A stretch of DNA of 12,899 nt, taken from NCBI GenBank assembly GCA_048940445.1, contig JBHLON010000064.1:1-12899 (forward strand). Reading direction: 5' to 3'. Both the position numbers and the translations under genes were made by a program. Positions within the stretch are counted from its first letter, which is position 1. Every line of letters starts with the position of its first letter. Shown in pieces: positions 1 to 7,519 of the stretch. This DNA comes from Promethearchaeota archaeon (GTDB lineage Archaea; Asgardarchaeota; Lokiarchaeia; Sigyniarchaeales; SOKP01). The notes below the pieces were generated by a model, which did not search any database, was not told the origin of the DNA, and saw only the letters and a list, made by a program, of their open reading frames with translations.

Positions 1-91
1 CCCTTGGAATTTATACCTCTATTACAAAAGATATCAAATTATAAGAAAAAATTGTTATTCAAAAAGGAAATAGTAAATTAATAATGAAATT

Positions 92-1768
92 TTAAAAGAT
101 TTGTGGGCTCTGGTATTCTCCAAAAACTTCTCTTAGTACATTACTTATCTCTTCGATGGTTGCATACGTCTTAACGGCTTCTATCATTATTGGCATAATA
201 TTCTTGGAAGATTTAGCTATATTTTTTAGCTCTTTTAACTTTGCGTCTACGAGTTTATTGTCTCTAATTGATTTTAATTCTGTTAGGGATTGCAAAGTTT
301 TTTGTTCAAATTCTGAATCGAATTTAAAGGTATCAATCTTAATTTCCTTTTCGGTGCAAAATGTGTTTACTCCTACTTTTATATCTATGCAATTATCTAT
401 TTTTTTTTGATCAGCATATGCGTTGTTAAGAATTTCTTGTTGAATAAATCCCTTTTCAATGGCAGTCGTAATTCCACCCATTTCATCAATTTTTTTAATA
501 TAATCAAGTGCTTTTTTCTCCAATTCATTCGTTAAATATTCGACGTAAAAAGAGCCACCAAGGGGGTCTACAACATCAGAAACTCCCGATTCATATGCTA
601 TTACTTGTTGAGTTCTTAATGATAAACGAACTGAATCTTCTGTCGGAAGACATAAAGCTTCATCAGCACCACATGCATGGAGAGATTGGGTACCTCCAAG
701 TATGGCTGCTAAAGCCTGAAGAGTAACTCGAATTATATTAACACTTGGTTGTTGAGCAGTTAATGTAACTCCTGCAGTTTGGGTATGAAATCTTAGTCTT
801 AATGAATCAGGATTCTGAGCATTAAATCTCTCTTTCATAAGTTTTGCCCATAGTCTTCTAGCAGCTCTTAATTTTGCTATTTCTTCGAAAAAATGATTGT
901 GAGTAGTAAAAAAGAAAGATAACCTTGAAGCAAAAACATCAATATCTACTCCTCGATTTATAACTTCTTCTATATATGCAATTCCATCTGCTATTGTAAA
1001 TGCTATCTCTTGAATTGCATTACATCCTGCCTCTCGCATATGATATCCACTAATAGAGATAGTATTAAAACGAGGTAAGTGTTTTGAGCAATATTCAATG
1101 ATATCTGCAGTTAATCTCAATGAGGGTTTTGGGGGAAATATATATGTCCCTCTCGCTATATATTCTTTTAATATGTCGTTTTGAACCGTCCCAGTTAATT
1201 TCTCAGGTGGAATTCCTTGTTTTTCTCCGACTGCAATATACATTGCTAATAAAATAGAAGCTGGAGCATTTATAGTCATACTTGTTGATACTTTATCCAA
1301 AGGTATTCCATCAAAAACTTTTTCAAAATCTTTCAACGAATTTACTGTAACCCCTACTCTACCGATTTCTCCTAAGCATAACTGGTTAGTAGAATTATAT
1401 CCCATTTGAGTTGGTAAATCAAAAGCGATAGATAAGCCCATTTGACCTTGTGAGATTAAATATTTAAATCTCTCATTTGTTTTGGTAGCATTTGCAAATC
1501 CTGAATACTGCCGCATAGTCCATACCCTTCCACGATACATATTAGGATAAACTCCTCTCGTAAAGGGGGGCCTTCCTGGAAATCCTAGATCATCTAAATA
1601 TCTAACATTCTCAATGTCATCTGGCCCATATATCTGTTTTAACGGAATTCCCGAAGGAGTTTCAAATCTCTTTTTTGCTTCTCCTTTTTTTATATACCTA
1701 GATAAAACATTTTCTTCCCAATCTTTCCGCTCACTTTTAATTTTATCGAGCTCATCTTTAGAAAACAT
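92..1768 (-). CDS. mcmA: Methylmalonyl-CoA mutase family, large (substrate-binding TIM barrel) subunit, split archaeal type without the B12-binding domain
   Basis: 558 aa with family motifs FPGRPPFTRGVYPNMY, WTMRQYSGF (Tyr88, MCM-type), GLSIAFDLPTQMG, STSMTINA, GTVQNDILKEYIARGTYIFPP, ISISGYHMREAG, RLSFFF, FHTQTAG, GGTQSLH and DPLGGSFYVE. There is no DxHxxG cobalamin-binding domain. Confidence 0.95.
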   Translation of the reverse strand: MFSKDELDKIKSERKDWEENVLSRYIKKGEAKKRFETPSGIPLKQIYGPDDIENVRYLDDLGFPGRPPFTRGVYPNMYRGRVWTMRQYSGFANATKTNERFKYLISQGQMGLSIAFDLPTQMGYNSTNQLCLGEIGRVGVTVNSLKDFEKVFDGIPLDKVSTSMTINAPASILLAMYIAVGEKQGIPPEKLTGTVQNDILKEYIARGTYIFPPKPSLRLTADIIEYCSKHLPRFNTISISGYHMREAGCNAIQEIAFTIADGIAYIEEVINRGVDIDVFASRLSFFFTTHNHFFEEIAKLRAARRLWAKLMKERFNAQNPDSLRLRFHTQTAGVTLTAQQPSVNIIRVTLQALAAILGGTQSLHACGADEALCLPTEDSVRLSLRTQQVIAYESGVSDVVDPLGGSFYVEYLTNELEKKALDYIKKIDEMGGITTAIEKGFIQQEILNNAYADQKKIDNCIDIKVGVNTFCTEKEIKIDTFKFDSEFEQKTLQSLTELKSIRDNKLVDAKLKELKNIAKSSKNIMPIMIEAVKTYATIEEISNVLREVFGEYQSPQIF

Positions 1769-1832
1769 AATTTGTACATCTCTATCGATAATTACTTAAT
1801 AGTTTTTAAAAATAGATTATTCAATTTTATCT

Positions 1833-2186
1833 TTATGCAGGATCAAAAACATAATTATAAATTTCCTTTCCATCAAGACTCTCACAAATCTTTTTATACT
1901 TTGGCTTTAAAACCATTCCAGTATATAAATTCTCTTCAGTAGTAATTTGTCCGAGAGCTTTTATCTTGTTATCAAACTCTACAACTCCAAGTGCATAAGA
2001 TTTTTGATTTCTGAATTCTAAAGGAGGAGATGTCAAAATTGTATAAGTTAATAATTTGCAGAATCTTAATGGGTCAATTTGAGTAAATTCGTGATATTTA
2101 CATTTTAAGCATCTAAGATGAGATATATGTTGTAAAAACCCACATTTATTACACCTTTTCCATTTAATTTTTTCATCAACAGTCAT
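1833..2186 (-). CDS. DUF35-family Zn-ribbon + OB-fold protein (putative acyl-CoA binding)
   Basis: CxxC-x10-CxxC (RCNKCG...RCLKC) followed by LLTYTIL..PP.EF...YALGVVEFD...ALGQI, typical of DUF35. The ORF-track start at 2195 is TTG; the ATG at 2186 is preferred. Confidence 0.88.
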   Translation of the reverse strand: MTVDEKIKWKRCNKCGFLQHISHLRCLKCKYHEFTQIDPLRFCKLLTYTILTSPPLEFRNQKSYALGVVEFDNKIKALGQITTEENLYTGMVLKPKYKKICESLDGKEIYNYVFDPA

Positions 2187-2255
2187 CGAGATCAATGTTT
2201 CTTATACCTTTATCATTTAAAAAAATTATGTTAAGGTTACGTAATTTTAAGAAAT

Positions 2256-4289
2256 TTATCTAAATATTTTTTGAATTAAAACACTAAGCTGAGGAATAGT
2301 ATTTAGTTCAGCCATTCTACCTGATTGAAAAAATTCATTCAAGGCGGTCCAAATTATAGGATCACTTTGAACTTCTTTATTAAATTGAGTTAATCTGAAT
2401 TTAGCAATGTAAGTTTGTCCTTTAAATAAATAACATAATGAAAAAGAGCCAAGGGATTGAATATTCAGTATATAATCCCCAAATTTAGCTCGATCAAGAC
2501 CTTTAGAAAAGATCTCATTACTAAAGCTATTAAATGCACTAAGAAACCCACCAATGATTCCATTCTGAAAGGATAATTCTTCTGTAAAGGAATGGGAAAA
2601 GATAGGAAGACCCCCTTCTCCGATTATCAAAAGAAGTATAGGAGTTTCAGGTTTTAATTTTGATTCTTTAAATGTACTTTTTCCTTGCAATCTATCTATA
2701 ACACCTTTAAAAGAGGCTAATTCTATTCGTTCTGACATTGGCGCATCTATACTCTTAAGATTATCCCAAACGTTCAAATGTTCCAGTAATTCATCATGCT
2801 CACTAGAAATTTTAATAGCTAATAAGTTAAGGCCATGTAACTCAGCTATTTGCTGTGCTTGCGTTAAAATTGATTTAGCTTCATCAAAATTCATTTGAAT
2901 TAATGCTAATTTTGCTTGCAATAATTTTGTTTCTGCCATCCATATAAATGAATGTCTACTATTTGCTAACTCAAGAATTTTGTAAATCAGAGGATTTATG
3001 TCATCCATAATTATTTCGATTTTATTCGTCATGTATAATTCCTCAAAGTAGAGATCACACAGATTAACTAGTGATAAAAGATGAAGTTGAGGAATAGTGA
3101 TATCATCTTCTATGATCTTTTTTAATAATATCTCTGCTTCTGTACGATTACGGATTCGAATACTTTTTTTCAATACCAATGCTTTTGCAATTAAATAGGC
3201 TTGAGAAATTATCCTATTTTCAGTCTGACCAGCTATTTCCTCTAACTCAGCCAAATAATTTTCAGCTTCCTTATGAGAATTCTCATCGAGATTGATTAAG
3301 ATCAAATAAAAGAGAGCTCCATGCATTCCATAAAATGAATTTGCTTCTTTAGCAAGAGAATAACTAAGTTTAAAATGTTTTATAGACTGAGAATAATCAC
3401 CTTTCATTCTGTATGTAGCTCCAATTCCTAATGTAATATAGATTATATCATCAGTACAATTTACTTTTTTTGCTAATACAATTGTACGCTTATAATACCT
3501 CAAAGCCCTGTTTAACTGGCCTCTTTCTCTATAAATAGCTGCTAAAATCTGTGATGAGTCTAGTTTGGTATGAACACTTATGCTGTTAATAGCTAAGCTC
3601 TGTTTACAAAACTTTAAGGCTTCTCCAAAATCTCCTTTCCCATAATAAATTGCTCCAATTAATGAAAGTGATGTCGCAGTCCCAATCGCATTTCCAAGTT
3701 CCTTTTGAATCTTTAAAGTCTTAATGGCATATTCTAAAGCCAAATCAATTTTTTCACTATAGAAGTATACATTACTGATTATCCAATATATACGTGAAAG
3801 ATCTAAGGGGTTGTGGAATTCCTCGCTTAACTCCATCCACTTTAGAGCTAATTCTAATGCATTATTATGTTCATCTTTAAAGAAATAAATAATTGATTTT
3901 ATTAGCAATAAATCAGCTTCTTGCTGAGAAAAATTTAAGGATGATTCCCTAATATTGGAATTAATTATTTTTTCAATTTCTATAATAATGTTGCTAGCTT
4001 CCTCTAATTTCCTTAGTAATACAACATGTGCTTGAAGAATAAGAGCATCAATAGAATCGGGAATCTGTTCTAATTTTTGACTCAATTCATAAGCTCTTTC
4101 ACCCATTTGTACAGCTTCATTGTATTGTTCACAATAAATGTGAATTCTACCCTTTAAAATCATTAAAGAAAGTTTGTTTTTGGAACTTAATGTTTTATTT
4201 TTCTCAAAATCTATAATTGTATTACTGGCTTCCTTAAATTTACCGTTATACATTAATTCTTCTGCGTGTATAATTTCTTTTGGCTTCAT
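2256..4289 (-). CDS. TPR-repeat protein with C-terminal longin-like alpha/beta domain (paralog A)
   Basis: Multiple TPRs (e.g. ATSLSLIGAIYYGKGDFGEALKFCKQSLAI; LGIGATYRMKGDYSQSIKHFKLSYSL). C-terminal domain PILLLIIGEGGLPIFSHSF...IIGGFLSAFNSFSNEIFSKGLDRAKFGDY...LCYLFKG has the longin beta-beta-alpha-beta-beta-beta-alpha pattern. The track start at 4307 is TTG; the ATG at 4289 is preferred. Confidence 0.85.
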   Translation of the reverse strand: MKPKEIIHAEELMYNGKFKEASNTIIDFEKNKTLSSKNKLSLMILKGRIHIYCEQYNEAVQMGERAYELSQKLEQIPDSIDALILQAHVVLLRKLEEASNIIIEIEKIINSNIRESSLNFSQQEADLLLIKSIIYFFKDEHNNALELALKWMELSEEFHNPLDLSRIYWIISNVYFYSEKIDLALEYAIKTLKIQKELGNAIGTATSLSLIGAIYYGKGDFGEALKFCKQSLAINSISVHTKLDSSQILAAIYRERGQLNRALRYYKRTIVLAKKVNCTDDIIYITLGIGATYRMKGDYSQSIKHFKLSYSLAKEANSFYGMHGALFYLILINLDENSHKEAENYLAELEEIAGQTENRIISQAYLIAKALVLKKSIRIRNRTEAEILLKKIIEDDITIPQLHLLSLVNLCDLYFEELYMTNKIEIIMDDINPLIYKILELANSRHSFIWMAETKLLQAKLALIQMNFDEAKSILTQAQQIAELHGLNLLAIKISSEHDELLEHLNVWDNLKSIDAPMSERIELASFKGVIDRLQGKSTFKESKLKPETPILLLIIGEGGLPIFSHSFTEELSFQNGIIGGFLSAFNSFSNEIFSKGLDRAKFGDYILNIQSLGSFSLCYLFKGQTYIAKFRLTQFNKEVQSDPIIWTALNEFFQSGRMAELNTIPQLSVLIQKIFR

Positions 4290-4324
4290 ATTCTTCCGAG
4301 ACTTCAATGAAGTTATATTGTATA

Positions 4325-6559
4325 TTAAAAATCAATTATTGTTACTGGATCATTTAATATATCTTTAAATATATTAAACGAATTAATTACTTTTGTTGAT
4401 GGAATTGTATCAAATTCTTTCTTAAATTTGCAATATTCTTTAGCTGATAAGGGATATGGAAATTTACACTTGATACAAGTCTCCTTTTCTATACATTCAA
4501 CACACTTTCTTTCCTCTGCTACTTTTTTTGACATGTGTTTGAGATTTTGTATAATTTCTGACATACGTATTCCTATTTCTCCAATTGGGGCAGAATGCCA
4601 ACAAATTCGAATAGAATTATCATTACTTATAATGGCTGTTTCTAAAGTCTGACAATTTGCTACATTATTAGTCCATCTACAGAGATTCTGAAAATAGGGT
4701 AATGGATTACTTCCTAAAAGGTAATTAAACTTATTATCAGTTTTTGTTACTTCAAATAAGAGATGGTAGAGAGCTTTGGTATCAGATTTAGAGTGCTCTC
4801 TACAAATTAAGTTCATCAAATCATAATTTCCTATTCTAGTATTTCGCATAGCTAAACTTGTATCTCTAAATCTTATTTTCAAACCAATATTTTCGCCTAA
4901 AAGAGACATTCTCCCTGATTTTAAGACTGTATCTCCATCTATATTTTGTTGATAATAACAATCATAGTATAAGGTTGGTATTAATTTATTATAAAGCATC
5001 GCAAGGTTTTTATCATGGAGTTTTACATACTTTCTCCTATTGGAATAAATTTGGATGATTGTTCCATTTATCATAAGGTTTTTTTGTATCCAGTTTACCA
5101 AAGGGTCTTTTATAACATCAGAATTAATTATCACATTACTAAAGTAAGATTTCTGATTCGTGCGTTTAGGAATTAATGATAAAACCTTTAAATTATTAAA
5201 ATCAATTGTCTTACTATCTCTTTCTATTGTAGATTTAGGGGCTATTTTAATTTTATAGATATCAAATGGAAAATTATTTCTTGTCATTATTTTATTTTTT
5301 TTTCCAATTGGTTTCACTTTATAACCATATTCTTTATAATTATGATAAATTGGAGTTCCTGCAAAGATACGAAAAAAGTTATGTTGGTAATAACTAATAT
5401 CTAATTGATTAATTAGGTCTATCGTTTTTTGAGCATCTTGAATAGTTTCTCCTGGCAAACCAAGCATTATACTTACAAAAATAGAGTTTATACCAATTTT
5501 TTTAGCGTAAGAAGTTATATGTCGCAATTTATCAGTAAACTCTTTTTCTTTATCGAAATTTTTTGACTCAAAATTTGGATTATGGACTTTTCCAATTGTT
5601 CTTAAGACTCTTGGAACCGCACTTTCTAGAGAAAACCCTAATGAAATAAATCCTGCTTGCTTCATTAAGTCTAATAAATCTTCAGTAATATTATCACATC
5701 TAGTAATACAACTAAGAGGAAGTTTGAATTTGTTCTCAATAATTCGTTCGCAAATTCTTTTTGCCCTTGAAGGCACTATAGTAAAACCATCATCTTGAAT
5801 TGAAATGGGTCCTTTATGTAGTTTATATTCATCAAGAAAAGCCAATTCTTCAATAACTCTTTCTATTGAATGAAAAAAGACATTTCTTTTACTCAAAACG
5901 GCACAATTGCAATAAATACAATTTTGGTTGCAACCTCTAGCTGTTATTACGCCCGTAGGATAAGCTTCAGATGGAGGTATAACTCTAGAAAGATAAGGGG
6001 AAGGGTATTTATCTAAATAATTCTTAATTGATCTTTTTGAAAGCAAAATATTGCTATCTGGAGTGTTGATAATTCTATTATATTTCCTAAACGTGATGCC
6101 TTTAATATTATTTAGGTCAGTTTTATTTAAATTATACTCATTTTCCCGTAAAGCAGATAATAACTCAAGAGTAGTTTCTTCTCCTTCTCCTCTAACACAG
6201 ATATCAATACTGATGTTACTCTTCAATATCTCTTGGGATTGTACGGTAGGTGAAGGTCCGCCAAAAACAGTAATAGTATTTGAATTGTAGGTTTTTAATC
6301 CCTTGCATATAAGAACACTCTGCATATAATTTGTTTCATAAACGGTGAATCCTACGATTTTGGGGTTAAATTCCATAATCCTTTTAACACATTCTTTTAT
6401 ATTGTAAGATTCGTTTGAGATAAATTGTTTTGCATTAAATCCTTTTTTTTTTAAATAAGCAATGATATATCCTGATCCTAAATTTGGTTTAAAATTCGAA
6501 ATATGGAGTGATCCACCAGAGGGAAAAACCATTAAAATGTCTGTAAAATCTTTATTCAT
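4325..6559 (-). CDS. Cobalamin-binding radical SAM enzyme with C-terminal SPASM-like Fe-S domain
   Basis: N-terminal B12-binding Rossmann domain (PNLGSGYIIAYL, PKIVGFTVY, VFGGPSPT, DICVRGEGEET). Radical SAM motif TARGCNQNCIYC at 5909-5932 plus IQDDGF, GFSLESAVPRVL and MLGLPGET. C-terminal Cys array C-x8-C-x16-C...CxxC-x5-CxxC-x11-C at 4430-4681. Confidence 0.92.
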   Translation of the reverse strand: MNKDFTDILMVFPSGGSLHISNFKPNLGSGYIIAYLKKKGFNAKQFISNESYNIKECVKRIMEFNPKIVGFTVYETNYMQSVLICKGLKTYNSNTITVFGGPSPTVQSQEILKSNISIDICVRGEGEETTLELLSALRENEYNLNKTDLNNIKGITFRKYNRIINTPDSNILLSKRSIKNYLDKYPSPYLSRVIPPSEAYPTGVITARGCNQNCIYCNCAVLSKRNVFFHSIERVIEELAFLDEYKLHKGPISIQDDGFTIVPSRAKRICERIIENKFKLPLSCITRCDNITEDLLDLMKQAGFISLGFSLESAVPRVLRTIGKVHNPNFESKNFDKEKEFTDKLRHITSYAKKIGINSIFVSIMLGLPGETIQDAQKTIDLINQLDISYYQHNFFRIFAGTPIYHNYKEYGYKVKPIGKKNKIMTRNNFPFDIYKIKIAPKSTIERDSKTIDFNNLKVLSLIPKRTNQKSYFSNVIINSDVIKDPLVNWIQKNLMINGTIIQIYSNRRKYVKLHDKNLAMLYNKLIPTLYYDCYYQQNIDGDTVLKSGRMSLLGENIGLKIRFRDTSLAMRNTRIGNYDLMNLICREHSKSDTKALYHLLFEVTKTDNKFNYLLGSNPLPYFQNLCRWTNNVANCQTLETAIISNDNSIRICWHSAPIGEIGIRMSEIIQNLKHMSKKVAEERKCVECIEKETCIKCKFPYPLSAKEYCKFKKEFDTIPSTKVINSFNIFKDILNDPVTIIDF

Positions 6560-6624
6560 GAAAAAACAACTTAGATTTATTCTAAATTATCTGCGTAAAA
6601 TATCAATGATGCTTTTTCTTATTA

Positions 6625-6643
6625 AAAATTAAAAAAATAAAAT
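6625..6643 (-). terminator. Putative archaeal oligo-T terminator after the 84-aa ORF
   Basis: Minus strand reads TTTTATTTTTTTAATTTTT a few nt after the TAA stop. The AT-rich background lowers specificity. Confidence 0.45.
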
Positions 6644-6648
6644 TATCT

Positions 6649-6903
6649 TTAGATATTCAAATCAGGTGGCGAAGGGATAAAGACACCAAACTCTGCTACT
6701 CTAAATATATCTTCAATATCACCAATATCTGCTTCAGTTACTTTAGGTTTAATAACATTATACCAAAGTCGAGTTCTTAATTGAGACCTTGATTCTTTAT
6801 TATCTATCCCTTGTTGGACAGTATTAATAATTTCTTGAGCAAGATCAGATCCAAACCTCATTTCGATGAGATCTTTCAATTTTGCCGTATTAAGATCTAC
6901 CAT
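6649..6903 (-). CDS. Small acidic hypothetical protein (84 aa); candidate precursor/substrate of the downstream radical SAM enzyme
   Basis: ATG start with SD TGAGGT 7 nt upstream, TAA stop followed by a T-tract, and it fills the intergenic space. Helical-looking N-terminus and a hydrophobic/Pro-rich tail (VAEFGVFIPSPPDLNI). The function is inferred from position only. Confidence 0.8.
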   Translation of the reverse strand: MVDLNTAKLKDLIEMRFGSDLAQEIINTVQQGIDNKESRSQLRTRLWYNVIKPKVTEADIGDIEDIFRVAEFGVFIPSPPDLNI

Positions 6904-6910
6904 AATTTTT

Positions 6911-6916
6911 ACCTCA
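6911..6916 (-). promoter_or_regulatory. Shine-Dalgarno site of the 84-aa ORF
   Basis: Minus strand: aatatGAGGTaaaaattATG. Confidence 0.7.
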
Positions 6917-6942
6917 TATTATTTTGGATTTCGATAATAGAA

Positions 6943-6978
6943 TCAACATTTTTGTTGAAAATTTTTAAATTTTAAAAA
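6943..6978 (-). promoter_or_regulatory. Putative TATA-like element with adjacent palindromic operator upstream of the 84-aa ORF
   Basis: Perfect inverted repeat TCAACA-N4-TGTTGA (6943-6958) next to an A/T-only palindrome TTTTTAAA-T-TTTAAAAA (6962-6978) that contains TTTAAA boxes. Confidence 0.35.
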
Positions 6979-7022
6979 GATCCATTTTCATTTAAACATT
7001 ATTAGTAAATAAGTTAAAAGAT

Positions 7023-7032
7023 AAAAAAAAAA
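7023..7032 (-). terminator. Putative oligo-T terminator after the 116-118-aa ORF
   Basis: T10 on the minus strand, 3 nt after the TAA stop. Confidence 0.5.
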
Positions 7033-7035
7033 GTT

Positions 7036-7386
7036 TTAGATCATTCCATAATTGCGATAATTTATATTTCTTCTAACTTCTTTAGCTGGAATCATTTCTT
7101 GAAGGTATTTAGGATTCAATTCTGCTTTCTTTATAATCTGTTCTAATTCCCGACTTATTTTTGCTAGTTTTTGTATCTCTTTTTGTTCTTTCTTTGGTGC
7201 TTCTAGAATTGATGGTAATGACTTTTGTAAAATTACTTTTTGAATTTCAACTAATCCCATATCATCGGGTAATTGTTCTAGCATCGCAATTAATTCTTCC
7301 TTATATACAACCATCTTTTGTTTCAACTCCATTTTTGATTTTTCTTTTATATTTTTTTTGGACTCATTTGAAGATTTTTTTTCCAT
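7036..7386 (-). CDS. Hypothetical K/E-rich helical protein (116 aa)
   Basis: Open frame co-oriented with its neighbours, with a K/E-rich composition typical of this genome, a TATA-like TAAATATA about 27-35 nt upstream and a T10 tract downstream. The track start at 7392 is TTG; ATG at 7386. No family recognised. Confidence 0.72.
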   Translation of the reverse strand: MEKKSSNESKKNIKEKSKMELKQKMVVYKEELIAMLEQLPDDMGLVEIQKVILQKSLPSILEAPKKEQKEIQKLAKISRELEQIIKKAELNPKYLQEMIPAKEVRRNINYRNYGMI

Positions 7387-7519
7387 CTTCAATATTCAAT
7401 ATAGTTACGAGTGTATATTTAGGTTCGTAGATAAGACTATGATTGGACTCTTGTAATTTTATTGGAGGGAATTTGGCCCATTACATATCAAATAACATAA
7501 AAAGTTAAGAATGGATAAA

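Noticed and set aside
156-1799. Plus-strand ORFs 156-410, 508-726 and 1614-1799
   Set aside because: Antisense shadows of the well-supported mutase gene, with no recognisable motifs.
4174-6290. Plus-strand ORFs 4174-4368, 4428-4652 and 6051-6290
   Set aside because: Antisense to the TPR and radical SAM genes; the hydrophobic bias is what reverse-complemented K/E/N codons produce.
6443-6452. A10 homopolymer near the 5' end of the radical SAM gene as a phase-variation site
   Set aside because: The frame is intact (LKKK), and similar tracts occur elsewhere in this AT-rich sequence (e.g. 400-408); read-level data would be needed.
7161-7430. 89-aa hydrophobic plus-strand ORF resembling a membrane protein
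   Set aside because: TTG start and antisense to the K/E-rich 116-aa ORF, which has better promoter and terminator context.
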